From: Octopus sinensis
Lineage: Eukaryota
Direction of reading: 5' to 3'
DNA: 64,000 nucleotides
NCBI RefSeq assembly: GCF_006345805.1
Contig: NC_042997.1
Location: 141,546,001 to 141,610,000 of the forward strand
Shown here: positions 53,112-64,000 of the stretch, in pieces
Layout: each line of letters begins with the position of its first letter
How positions within the stretch are numbered: position 1 is the stretch's first letter
Translations under genes and position numbers: made by a program
Notes under the pieces: model-generated
What the model was told of the DNA's origin: nothing
The model's database searches: none
The model's input: the letters and a program-made list of their open reading frames with translations, nothing else

Positions 53112-53531
53112 TATATATATACTCTCTCTTTTACTCTCTTTTACTTGTTTCCGTCATTTGACTGCGGCCCTGCTGGAGCACCGCCTTTAGTCGAGCAAAC
53201 CGACCCCGGGACTTATTCTTTGTAAGCCCAGTACTTATTCTATCGGTCTCTTTTGTCGAACCGCTAAGTGACGGGGACATAAACACACCAGTATCGGTTG
53301 TCAAGCAATGCTAGAGGGACAAACACAGACACACAAACATATACACATACATACATGTATATATATATACATATATACGACAGGCTTCTTTCAGTTTCCG
53401 TCTACCAAATCCACTCACAAGGTATTGGTCGGCCCGAGGCTATAGCAGAAGACATTTGCCCAAGATGCCACGCAGTGGGACTGAATCCGGAACCATGTGG
53501 TTGGTAAGCAAGCTACTTACCACACAGCCAC
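53112..53531 (-). mobile_element. SINE family B
   Basis: Near-identical to 21645-22066. Confidence 0.85.
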
Positions 53532-53551
53532 ATATTTATATATATACACAC

Positions 53552-53814
53552 ATTGTATAAAAGATCGTGGGTAAGGCCAAAACAATGCGAAGTAAATGCA
53601 AGGTAAATTACAAGAAAACAAATATGTGAATTAACGTAGGCTTACCTTGTATTCAATATTTCGGCAACATTCGTTGAATTCTTGAAAATAGGGTCATAAA
53701 CCCCGAAATATTGAATACAAGGTAAGTCTACATTAATTCCCATATTGTTTTCTTGTAATTTACCTTGCATTTACTTCGCATTGTTTTGCCCTTATCCACG
53801 ATCTTTTATACAAT
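53552..53814. repeat. Inverted repeat with ~112-bp arms whose spacer and right arm contain an HHR-like motif
   Basis: 53552-53664 is the reverse complement of 53703-53814 with a few mismatches. Confidence 0.9.
53674..53720 (+). ncRNA. Minimal hammerhead-like motif, U3-A8 variant (family E)
   Basis: TTGAATTC-TTGAAAA-T-AGGG tcataaa CCCC-GAAA-TAT-T^-GAATACAA. Stem I pairs 7/8, stem II 3/4, stem III is ATAT and the triplet is AUU. Confidence 0.45.
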
Positions 53815-53857
53815 ATATTCTTCACAATGCTTCATAGTAATTATTCCATTATGTGTG

Positions 53858-53913
<56 letters not shown>

Positions 53914-55013
53914 CATGCGTCCACAAAGCTTTCGTCAATTAACTTCACTCACAAGGCGTTGGTTGGTCCAGGGCAATAGTAAAAGGCATATACTCAAGTG
54001 CCACGCAGTGTAACTGAACTCGAAACCACATAGTTGCAAATCGAGCTTTTTAACCACACAGCCATCACCGTGAATTTTTTCAGAAAATTATTAAAGAATA
54101 TCTTAGAGACACAAAATATAGTAGTAGATAAAACAACACTTAACAAATGCATGAATAGAGTTTGAATTGATTAGCATGAATATTTTGACAGTAAATTATT
54201 GAAACATAAGGTATGAGTAATGTTTTATCAATAATAATCAGACATGTTAATCATATAAGTAAGAACTAGAGTACAAATTCGTGCAAAATTGAGAACCGTA
54301 AAAACCAATACCAACACCTACTAGAAGTGCGATTCTCTAAGATGATGCGTTTTCATCATTACACTTCGATCTATAGCACATACACAACTGATATGCGGGA
54401 ATTCTATTATTAAATGAAACAGTTTTAATACAAATGCTATTGCTGAATCGCATTTTCTTATCGAATTCTTAAGTTACAATGGAGTAGACTAAAACATTTT
54501 CATGTTACGTGGTTTAAGATGAAACAAAAAAGTCGTAAATATCTATACACATAAGGATATATTAGTTTGCGACGTTTATGAGTTTACGAGCGAACTACGT
54601 ATTCACTAAGCGATTGTCCTACTTGCTAGAAACAGCAGTCAAATCACATTAGAAATCGCGATCCATTGTTTTAAAAGAAGTGACACTGGAAACTATAATT
54701 CTAGAGGGTTGCTGGTCATGGCTGTAACGTCTATGATCAAAGGTCCACTGGAAAGGGTTAAGGTAGTACACTCACGATAGGAAGATCGCAATTTCGATTC
54801 TTGAGCAAAACAAGCTTCATTTCAGGTTGCTGGAGTCTATTCAGCTATACATGGGTGACCCTGCAACGCGAACAGGCGTCCCGTTTAGGAGCGTTGGCCT
54901 GCCTGCCAGACCACTGGGTTGGCATCATTTGGAGGTGAGAATGATGAGAGAAAGTGCATTGTGACAGCGATGTATAACACACATCCAATAGTCTGATCGA
55001 TACAGTGATGTAA

Positions 55014-55083
<70 letters not shown>

Positions 55084-55150
55084 GGATAAATATACATATA
55101 TGTATAAATGTATACATATACATGTATATACATATACATGTATATACATA

Positions 55151-55188
<38 letters not shown>

Positions 55189-55305
55189 TAGTAGTGAAGA
55201 CATCGCACAATATCCAATATTGTGATGTAGATTCAAAGGACCTATGACAGGTAGCAGTCCCGTATCATATATATATATACATGTATATATATATGTATAT
55301 ATATG

Positions 55306-55366
<61 letters not shown>

Positions 55367-55541
55367 TATATATATACGAATATATATATATATATGTATA
55401 TATATATATGTATATATAACGATTTAGGAGTGACCCCAACAGGTCACTCGTCCACCAGAAAGAGCAGCCATAACTCACACCGCCAAGTATTATTAATTCA
55501 GAAATTAGGTGAAAATTTAAAAACATTTACCCTAATTCATC

Positions 55542-55641
55542 CTTTTAGACGTTGCAAACGTTTCTGTGTCATTAATGATTAAATTAGCTTAATTAAATTA
55601 AATTAAGCCAATCTACCATAGGTTACACTTCATCAGTAAAG
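55542..55641 (-). ncRNA. Hammerhead motif family A, inverted copy
   Basis: Reverse complement of HHR-A, with one extra T in stem III and one fewer T in stem I. Confidence 0.65.
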
Positions 55642-55830
55642 ACCTGGGAGAGACAATATACACGAGGCGTCTGTACTGATTGATAATTTTCTGAATAATT
55701 CTGAGATTGAATCGGCATTTATATTTACTGTTGATAAGTTTGGCGCGAATACGTCAGTCTTGAAAATTTTAAGTCAGATATCCCGTAGGCATCAATACGG
55801 ACGCCTCGTGTATATTTGTCTCTCCCAGGT

Positions 55831-55930
55831 CTTTTACTGATGAAGTGTAACCTATGGTAGATTGGCTTAATTTAATTTAATTAAGCTAATTTAATCATTA
55901 ATGACACAGAAACGTTGCAACGTCTAAAAG
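55831..55930 (+). ncRNA. Type I hammerhead ribozyme motif family A, copy 1
   Basis: CTTTTA-CTGATGA-[65-nt stem II domain aGTGT...ACACa]-GAAAC-GTTGCAAC-GTC^-TAAAAG. Predicted cleavage after 55924. Stem III is the palindrome ACGTTGCAACGT. Confidence 0.8.
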
Positions 55931-56300
55931 GATGAATTAGGGTAATGTTTTTAAATTTTCACCTAATTTCTGATTAATATACTTGGCGGTGTGAGTTATG
56001 GCTGCTCTTTCTGGTGGACGAGTGACCTGTTGGGGTCACTCCTAAATCGTTTATTTATATATCTAGTCGATGACTATTTTCTCTTTTTCACCAGGCCGCT
56101 GGTTGCGATAAATTTCTATTGAATTTTTTTGCTACCCTAAATTGACTAATTGATAATTTTCTGAATAATTCTGAGATTGAATCGGCAGTTTATATTTACT
56201 GTTGATAAGTTTGGCGCGAATACGTCAGTCTTGAAAATTTTAAGTCAGATATCCCGTAGGCATCAATACAGACGCCTCGTGTATATTTGTCTCTCCCAGT

Positions 56301-56400
56301 CTTTTACTGATGAAGTGTAACCTATGGTAGATTGGCTTAATTTAATTTAATTAAGCTAATTTAATCATTAATGACACAGAAACGTTGCAACGTCTAAAAG
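56301..56400 (+). ncRNA. Type I hammerhead ribozyme motif family A, copy 2
   Basis: Identical to copy 1. Predicted cleavage after 56394. Confidence 0.8.
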
Positions 56401-56775
56401 GATGAATTAGGGTAAATGTTTTTAAATTTTCACCTAATTTCTGAATTAATAATACTTGGCGGTGTGAGTTATGGCTGCTCTTTCTGGTGGACGAGTGACC
56501 TGTGGGGTCACTCCTAATCGTTATATTTATATATCTAGTCGATGACTATTTTCTCTTTTTCACCAGGCGGCCGCTGGTTGCGATAAATTTCTATTGAATT
56601 TTTTTGCTACCCTAAATTGACTAATTGTAATTTTCTGAATAATTCTGAGATTGAATCGGCAGTTTATATTTACTGTTGATAAGTTTGGCGCGAATACGTC
56701 AGTCTTGAAAATTTTAAGTCAGATATCCCGTAGGCATCAATACAGACGCCTCGTGTATATTTGTCTCTCCCAGGT

Positions 56776-56875
56776 CTTTTACTGATGAAGTGTAACCTAT
56801 GGTAGATTGGCTTAATTTAATTTAATTAACCTAATTTAATCATTAATGATACAGAAGCGTTGCAACGTCTAAAAG
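56776..56875 (+). ncRNA. Hammerhead motif family A, copy 3, mutated (GAAGC, A15.1G)
   Basis: Substitutions at 56830, 56850 and 56857 relative to copies 1 and 2. Confidence 0.65.
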
Positions 56876-57121
56876 GATGAATTAGGGTAAATGTTTTTAA
56901 ATTTTCACCTAATTTCTGAATTAATAATACTTGGCGGTGTGAGTTATGGCTGCTCTTTCTGGTGGACGAGTGACCTGTTGGGGTCACTCCTAAATCGTTA
57001 TATTTATATATCTAGTCGATGACTATTTTCTCTTTTTCACCAGGCCGCTGGTTGCGATAAATTTCTATTGAATTTTTTTGCTACCCTAAATTGACTAATA
57101 TATATGTATATATATATATAT

Positions 57122-57167
<46 letters not shown>

Positions 57168-57506
57168 ATTATATATATATATATATATAAAGATTTCTCT
57201 AGTCTGAATTGACAAGAATGAATCATTTAACCAACTTCTAACTTGGAATGTTTGTTTTTATGAGAGAACTTTTGACATTTGTGAGCTTCAGTTGTCAAAT
57301 ACTTATTCTTTTTACCATAGTCATTCTTACAAAAACTATGTTTTTTGTATGCGTGTATATATGGGTGAATGTGTATGTATTTGTATGCGCGCATGTATGA
57401 ATACGGAGACAGAGACAGAGACATAGAAGAGAGACAGAGACAGTGAAAGAGAGAGGAAGACACATATAGGTAAGTGTGCGTCAGTATATATAGGTATATA
57501 AGTGTA

Positions 57507-57573
<67 letters not shown>

Positions 57574-57745
57574 TATATATATAATATTATATATATATAT
57601 ATACATATATGTATATGTAGATACATATACATACACCGTCATAAACACACAGAAATATCTACCTCTCTATATATGTCTCTCCCTTTCTCTTTCTTATGAT
57701 ATATACAAATATAGTATATGTATACATATATATATATGTGTGTGT

Positions 57746-57782
<37 letters not shown>

Positions 57783-57819
57783 TATATATATATATATATA
57801 TATATACAGACAGATAGAT

Positions 57820-57911
<92 letters not shown>

Positions 57912-58013
57912 GTATACATATATGTGTATAGTATATATATATAATACACGTATGTATATATTATATATATATACATATATGTGTGTATACATATATATAT
58001 ATATATATGTATA

Positions 58014-58412
58014 GGAGTGGCTATGTGGTATGTAACTTGTTTACCAACCAAGTGGTTCCGGGTTCAGTCCCACTGCGTGGCACCTTGGACAAGTGTCTTC
58101 TACTATAGCCTCGGGCCAACCAAAGCCTTGTGAGTGGATTTGGTAGACGGAAACTGAAAGAAGACCGTCGTATATATATATATATGTGTGTGTGTATGTG
58201 TGTGTGTGTGTGTCTGCGTTTGTCCCCACAACATCGCCTGACAACCGATGCTGATGTGTTTACGTCCCCGTAACTTAGCGGTTCGGCAAAACAGACCGAT
58301 AGAATAAGTACTAGGCTTACAAAGAATAAGTCCTGGGGTCGATTCGCTCGACTAAAGGCGGTGCTCCAGCATGGCCACAGTCACATGACTGGAACAAGTA
58401 AAAAGTTAAAAA
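58014..58412 (+). mobile_element. SINE family B
   Basis: Complete head, internal TA/GT tract and tail. Confidence 0.85.
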
Positions 58413-58615
58413 AAGTAATATATATATAGTTCATGCATACAGACGGACATAAGTTTTTTTAAGTTGAATGTCTTTGTATCCAGTATTTAAAGTTTGTACA
58501 TACATAGACGCGTACATGAAAATTATGGATAGATTAAGATATCACTTTCTTAGTTGTTATCATCTATATTCTAATTTATTAAGCGATCTTATTCCTTCTT
58601 CTAATGTTTTTCTTT

Positions 58616-58646
<31 letters not shown>

Positions 58647-58850
58647 GTATTTCACTAATTGATTCATTCGGAAATATTCATTTTTCTGCAATTTATTTCT
58701 TTTATAATTGTCTGGGGTTTTGGGTGGTTTTTTTTTCAGGTTTCTAGATTTCTTTTGTCTTGGCATCTTCAACAATAGTTTGAAAACTTTTTGTTATGAA
58801 CGTTGTGGAAAAAAGGAAGTGTGAATTGAAGGTCATAATAAAATACTAAA

Positions 58851-58932
58851 AGAAGAAGAAGAAGAAGAAGAAGAAGAAGAAGAAGAAGAAGAAGAAGAAG
58901 AAAAGAAGAAGAAGAAGAAGAAGAAGAAGAAG

Positions 58933-58961
<29 letters not shown>
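58851..58961. repeat. (GAA)n microsatellite
   Basis: Nearly perfect trinucleotide run. Confidence 0.98.
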
Positions 58962-58963
<2 letters not shown>

Positions 58964-60600
58964 GGGGCATTGCTCATGACTTTACAAGCATCCTTAGACA
59001 AGTGAGGTTGATACAGTTGATGTTCTTGAAAGTTTTATAGATCGATATGTTAGGTCTTGGAGATAACTGTTTCGGATAAAAGGATGTGTACATTGTTAGG
59101 TCATGGAGATAACTGTTTCGGATAAAAGGATGTGTACATTGAACAGCTAGACGTTGATTTGAGCAAGAAACATAAATGGATGTGATTAGTGTTACTTGAA
59201 TGAACTTAGCTATTTCAAGGGAACAAATTTTATTCGCGAAACCTTAAAAAATGACACTATGCATAGACGAAGCAGCCTGTCGTTGAGCTAGTGGCTGAAA
59301 TTTGTTGATGAATAACATGTTGACAGTCAAATGATAACATTGCGGTAAGATCAAAGTAGATTGCGTGAGTAGTTAATACACTATACTATACACGAGAGCA
59401 GTTCTGCAGTCAGAGTAATAAAAGAGTGCATATAAGGATTTATCAATTGATCAAGGCTAAAATATTCCCTGGTTCTTAAAGATAACCCAAGACTGTGCGA
59501 TGAAGAATTGCAATGTTATATAATGTGAAGATGTCTTGAGCTGTCATCAGAGACTAAAGTCAGCTTGGATGTTTTAGATGTGTGACATTTATCTGTATGA
59601 TTAGTTACGAGACTGCTTTTTATTTGGGGGACGGTATTTTGGAGTTTTTTTCTTTTAATTTGAAATTATTGAACCTTTTTTGCTGTTGAAAGAGACATGA
59701 TTGTCAAGGATGTAATCAAAATCTATGCGTTCATGGGTTTGGTACCCGTTATTGCTTGTAGAAGCTTTAGAAGGAATGACACTATCTGTGTGGGCATGTA
59801 TGTTATTTTAAATTAATATACAAGAGAGTGTGGAGTAACATTAAGGAAACGAAGTTATTAAATATGGGCCGGTAAGAGCTCCGCTGATACCAACTCAAAA
59901 AACGAAGGAATGGGTGCATATCAAAAGCGTGTAACTTACCCAGCAGATTCGCAAGCAAAATGTGGCCGAAAGTCTTGCAGATGTAGAGTGCAAAAACATG
60001 TCTTCTCCAGATCTTTACTTAAATTATACTTATATTACTTTCCTTTCTACTATATTCGGGCTATTAATCATAGAGTTCTGTAAGATGATATGGTAAGTAA
60101 AAAAAAGTGATGGTCAAATATTCGGAAAATTAATTTTTACGGCAACCTTCTAGTCTTAGTGACGCCGGGTTGGTGGGATTTTATTGCATATACGTAAGAA
60201 TTTGTGAGTGTGTGTGTGTGTGTGTCTGAGCGTCGACTGTATGTAGAGATACATATATAGTTATATTAAGTTTTGTGTAAGTGCATTTGTAAAATATGGC
60301 TATTGTGTAATGCTATAAATTTATTTAAATGTATATTTGTTAGAATTCTTTTCACTTATCAATCGGAAAATTCTGTATAGTTTTTCTGCGTTTATTGAAA
60401 TGGATTTATAGAATAAATCTAGAATCTTATCAATATTAACTATTTAGTTATTAACTGTTGGTTTTACTGGGTTAATAAGAAGAGATTCAGTTGCTTGTTT
60501 ATCATTAATTATAATGCTTATTTCGATATTATTACTAGAATTATCGTATCAATATCAACAAACTATACATTCATTGGCCGCGTTATATATCGAGATACAT

Positions 60601-60658
<58 letters not shown>

Positions 60659-61166
60659 GGGGTGCTGAAAAGTTCTTAGCTTCTAATATCTTTCAAATTG
60701 CTGTACAACTTTTATGTATTTATCTCTTAAAAGCCAGACATATTTTAGAAATGCACGAAACCTTTCGCAAGGTTTGAAAGTGTATATATGTTGACAGTAT
60801 TTCAAATTAAAAGAAAACCCATTCAAGTTAGTATAATTTTAAGTAACTGAATCATTGGCTGTAAAACGATTTTTAATTATCGATTTCGAAGCAAATTATA
60901 TAAGGGGAGTTTGTGTTTTTAAAAGGATTGTATAACGAAGAGAATTGGATGTAGATAGCGTTTTAGGTTTCTACTATGATTATTTATCAATTTTGTGGAT
61001 ACTTTATGTGTACAATTGGTATGTTAAAATATATGTTAAATTTGTCAAAATATGTCTAATAATCGGAAAACATGTTAAAATATGTTAAATTAGTTAAAAT
61101 ATATCTGGTGTTACAGATGTGTTTAATAATATTTATGTTCACATTAAGATTGAATGGCTCTTTATA

Positions 61167-61708
61167 CGGGGTGTCCCAAAAGTCACTGATGGGTTTCAAG
61201 TTTTAATAACTTCTTTAACGTTAGAAATAAATACATGAAATTGTGATACAATATAAAGGACATCATGAAAATTAATATGCATAAGTCAAATTTTGCAACA
61301 CCACTACATTACATATGAAAAATGACATCGCTTAAATGGCAGCCATTTTCGGCTTCGCACACCCCCGCTCTTTCCAAAACTTGCACCATAACACCCTTAA
61401 GGGTTTCAGACCCCATTTCTCTGATTTCCCTGTTGGAGTTCTTCTTCAGTTGTACCAAGGTCTCGGTTTGCTGACGTAATCCCTCTCTTTCAGGTATCCA
61501 TGATTGAGACCTTTTTGCGCTCGGCCATTCAAGGTAGACCTCACACATGGCTCCAGCAAGATGGGGCAACTACTCATACCGCAAGAGAAACAATGCAGTT
61601 GTTACGGCAGTGCTTTGGAGAGAGAACAATCTCCTGCTACTACAATGTCAACTGGCCATCACGTTCCCCTGATTTGACTAACCCATCAGTGACTTTTGAG
61701 ACATCCTG
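61167..61708. mobile_element. 542-bp internally rearranged DD41D (rosa/Visitor-like) Tc1/mariner derivative
   Basis: 28-bp TIRs at 61167-61194 and 61681-61708. The transposase C-terminus is on the minus strand (61309-~61500) and WLQQDGATTHT...WPSRSPDLT is on the plus strand (61500-61680). Confidence 0.8.
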
Positions 61709-62749
61709 TGCAAAAGAATTTTGCATTTTCCCGTATCTAGAAATTAAAATTATTATGTATGCCATTAATCACAACCGTAAAATCCCTTTTAACGTTTAAG
61801 CTAAGAGGCTGCTTTATTGAAGAAATATGCCAAAAATGAAATACTGGCTAACTGTGTACTGACGTTTGTCACAAAATTATTTATAATGGGAAGCGTGCAG
61901 TTTGAAGATATATACACATACTAAAACTTTGCATTTGGCTTCTTAAAGTTAACCAAATACTGAAATGCATGAAAGTGCATTTCAGATAGTTCAGTTGATT
62001 TCGAGTAAAAAAAAATTGAAACTACGCATTCTTCTGTGCAAGAAATATTTAGCATCATTTCAGAAGGAACTTCCAGCCAAATAGTGTTTGTGCTATGTGT
62101 TTATTTACTTAATTAATTATAGCGTAAATTCTTTTGGATTTTTTTCTCTTTTTGTTTTCCGAGATTAGATGCATACGTGAAGTGGTAGTTAGAACTGGTT
62201 GATATTATTGATTTATGATTTACTGATTATTATTTATTGGTTAATGATTTAGTTATGAAATCGGTATCTTATAGATTAAAACACGTGTAATCAACTTCAA
62301 TGTAATCAACACACCTTGGCAGGTGAAAGAGCATGTCAGCAGATAAAAAACAACAACCACAAGTAAAACTTACATTTACAATATACTTCAACAATCATCA
62401 TATCGTATCAACAAATTTCGTATAAATTCATGCAATAATTACATTTCTATGATTTTTATGCAGGACTAGCTTTATTTAATTACTTGTGAGTTTATTAAAT
62501 TTTATAATTTACATTTATTATATACGCTTAAGAATATACGTATAGTAATGTGGACCATCATCTTTTCATCAAGATGATGGCCCCCATTACTATACATAAT
62601 ATAAATACTCAACATTTAGGTTTTAATTATTTGAAGATTTACACCTCATGATTATCGTTGATACAAATTAGGGTGTAGTTTTTTTTTATAAATTTAACTC
62701 TCTTAAAGACTTATAGTGCGCCCTCAGTATAAATTTCTATATTCTAATA

Positions 62750-63300
62750 GGAGTGACTCATGTACATGGGGTGGGCGCTACAGGACTTTAGGAGTTAAGG
62801 TGTTGTATACAGAAATTTATTCTGTATAAATCTGTATCAACAATAATCATTAGGTGTGAACTTCCAAAATAATTCAGCTGAAATAATGAGACCGTTATCT
62901 CGGTAAAAACCACACTGTATATGATTGAACTCATATGATAATGGTAAATTATAAAGTCTGATACGCTCACAAATATCCACAGAGTCTGGAATCCCCACAG
63001 CTACATCAAAAGAATTGGCATCGTTCTTCTTTTTCCATAGATCATTATCGTAAGAAAGCAAACATCTTGCATGAACGATTCTTTTATATCAGAATCACTG
63101 TTCGAAATATAATTCTTGGTGGAGATTAATACATTTGGACCGAAGAATTAGGTATCGAAGGATAAAATTCAATGATGATAAACATGCTTATAACAAACAG
63201 TACTGAACTAATGAATTACAGAAGTACTGTCATTATAATCGGTTGTTTGGATAATTATTCGTTTGGATGAATGTGTTTAAGATAACTTCACTCACTATAT
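62750..63300 (-). pseudogene. Decayed Penelope-like RT of the Naiad/Chlamys type
   Basis: Manual translation F-IIEFYPSI, W-KKK..NSFDVAVGIPDSVDICERIRLY and GFYRDNGL matches FD(I/V).FYPSI / FDVTMGSYDGAEVCELVGLY / GLYRDDGL. Confidence 0.75.
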
Positions 63301-64000
63301 TTTAATTCATATGATGAATTATAATATTCTATAGTGAGTCTTTTAACTTAATTAGAAGAATGCGATTCAAATGAACGACCGACAGATTTCAACAGAATTT
63401 TTAATAATTCAAAGAACATTTTTGTATACTAAGACAAAACTTAAAATTTCTATGAAATTAGCAATATTGTACATAATTAAAAATTATATTACTAATATCA
63501 ATAAAAAAAATTATGATAAGTAAATCTAATTTCATTAATTTTTTTACTCATGATACTAAATCCAATTTCATTAAGTTAATAGTTAGTGAGTTAAAAGTAG
63601 TTGACAGGGTTGAGTGTTTTAGATGAATATACGCTAATCATTCGTGAAGTTCAAACATTCATACTTGCTGTCTATTTCTAACTCGGTAGTTATTTACTTG
63701 GCTTCTAAATTAATTAAATTATATATAATGTTATTAATAATTTTATAAGAACTAGTAAATAATATTAAATAAAACCCTGCTATATGTATCACTGCTAATC
63801 TCATTAAAAATTACGTTTTGCTCAAATGGACATAAATGCTCTTTGAAGGTTGAAACGCTTTAATTAGTCTTTAAATAAATTCTGTTGAAATCTGTTGGAC
63901 GTTCCTTTGAATCCCAAGTTGAAAAGACCTAATTCGAATGTTTCCAACAGCTTGTTTTTACGTGAATATTTTTAGGTCTTTAAGCTAAACATTTTTTTAT

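Larger units (their letters stand above)
55414..57099. mobile_element. HHR-bearing tandem array (retrozyme / Penelope pLTR-like): inverted 267-bp partial copy plus three ~470-475-bp head-to-tail units
   Basis: Units start at 55681, 56151 and 56626 and end at 57099. 55414-55680 is the reverse complement of part of the unit. No ORF, and TA microsatellites lie on both sides. Confidence 0.9.

Noticed and set aside
55681-57099. CRISPR-like or satellite interpretation of the tandem array
   Set aside because: Eukaryotic context, whole ~470-bp units repeat with no unique spacers, there are only three units, and an embedded ribozyme motif explains it better.
59060-59141. 44-bp tandem duplication containing GTTTCGG
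   Set aside because: No CUGANGA-like partner on the relevant strand. It is an ordinary local duplication.

Overview
AT-rich, repeat-saturated eukaryotic DNA. The SINE families and microsatellite load suggest a coleoid cephalopod, probably Octopus (inference, no database search). I found no convincing host protein-coding exon, and most ORF-track entries are microsatellite artefacts. The window holds three tRNA-type SINE families, Tc1/mariner relics (maT DD37D, mariner DD34D, rosa/Visitor DD41D), several MITEs, LINE fragments (Tx1, CR1, RTE), an ORF1-only Tx1-like retroelement with a TSD, and a 4.4-kb non-autonomous LTR element with tRNA-Leu PBS, PPT and a 631-aa ORF. It also holds decayed Penelope-like RT and GIY-YIG remnants. 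The main signal the ORF track misses is a set of type I hammerhead ribozyme (HHR) motifs with palindromic stem III, from about six unrelated sequence families. The best is a young non-coding array at 55.4-57.1 kb: three head-to-tail ~470-nt units plus an inverted partial copy, each with an HHR. A second locus at 42.4-43.1 kb has a 363-nt unit whose HHR carries a compensatory U3-A8 core. Both look like Penelope pseudo-LTR or retrozyme repeats that could release self-cleaved monomer or circular RNAs. All folds were done by eye and catalytic activity is untested.
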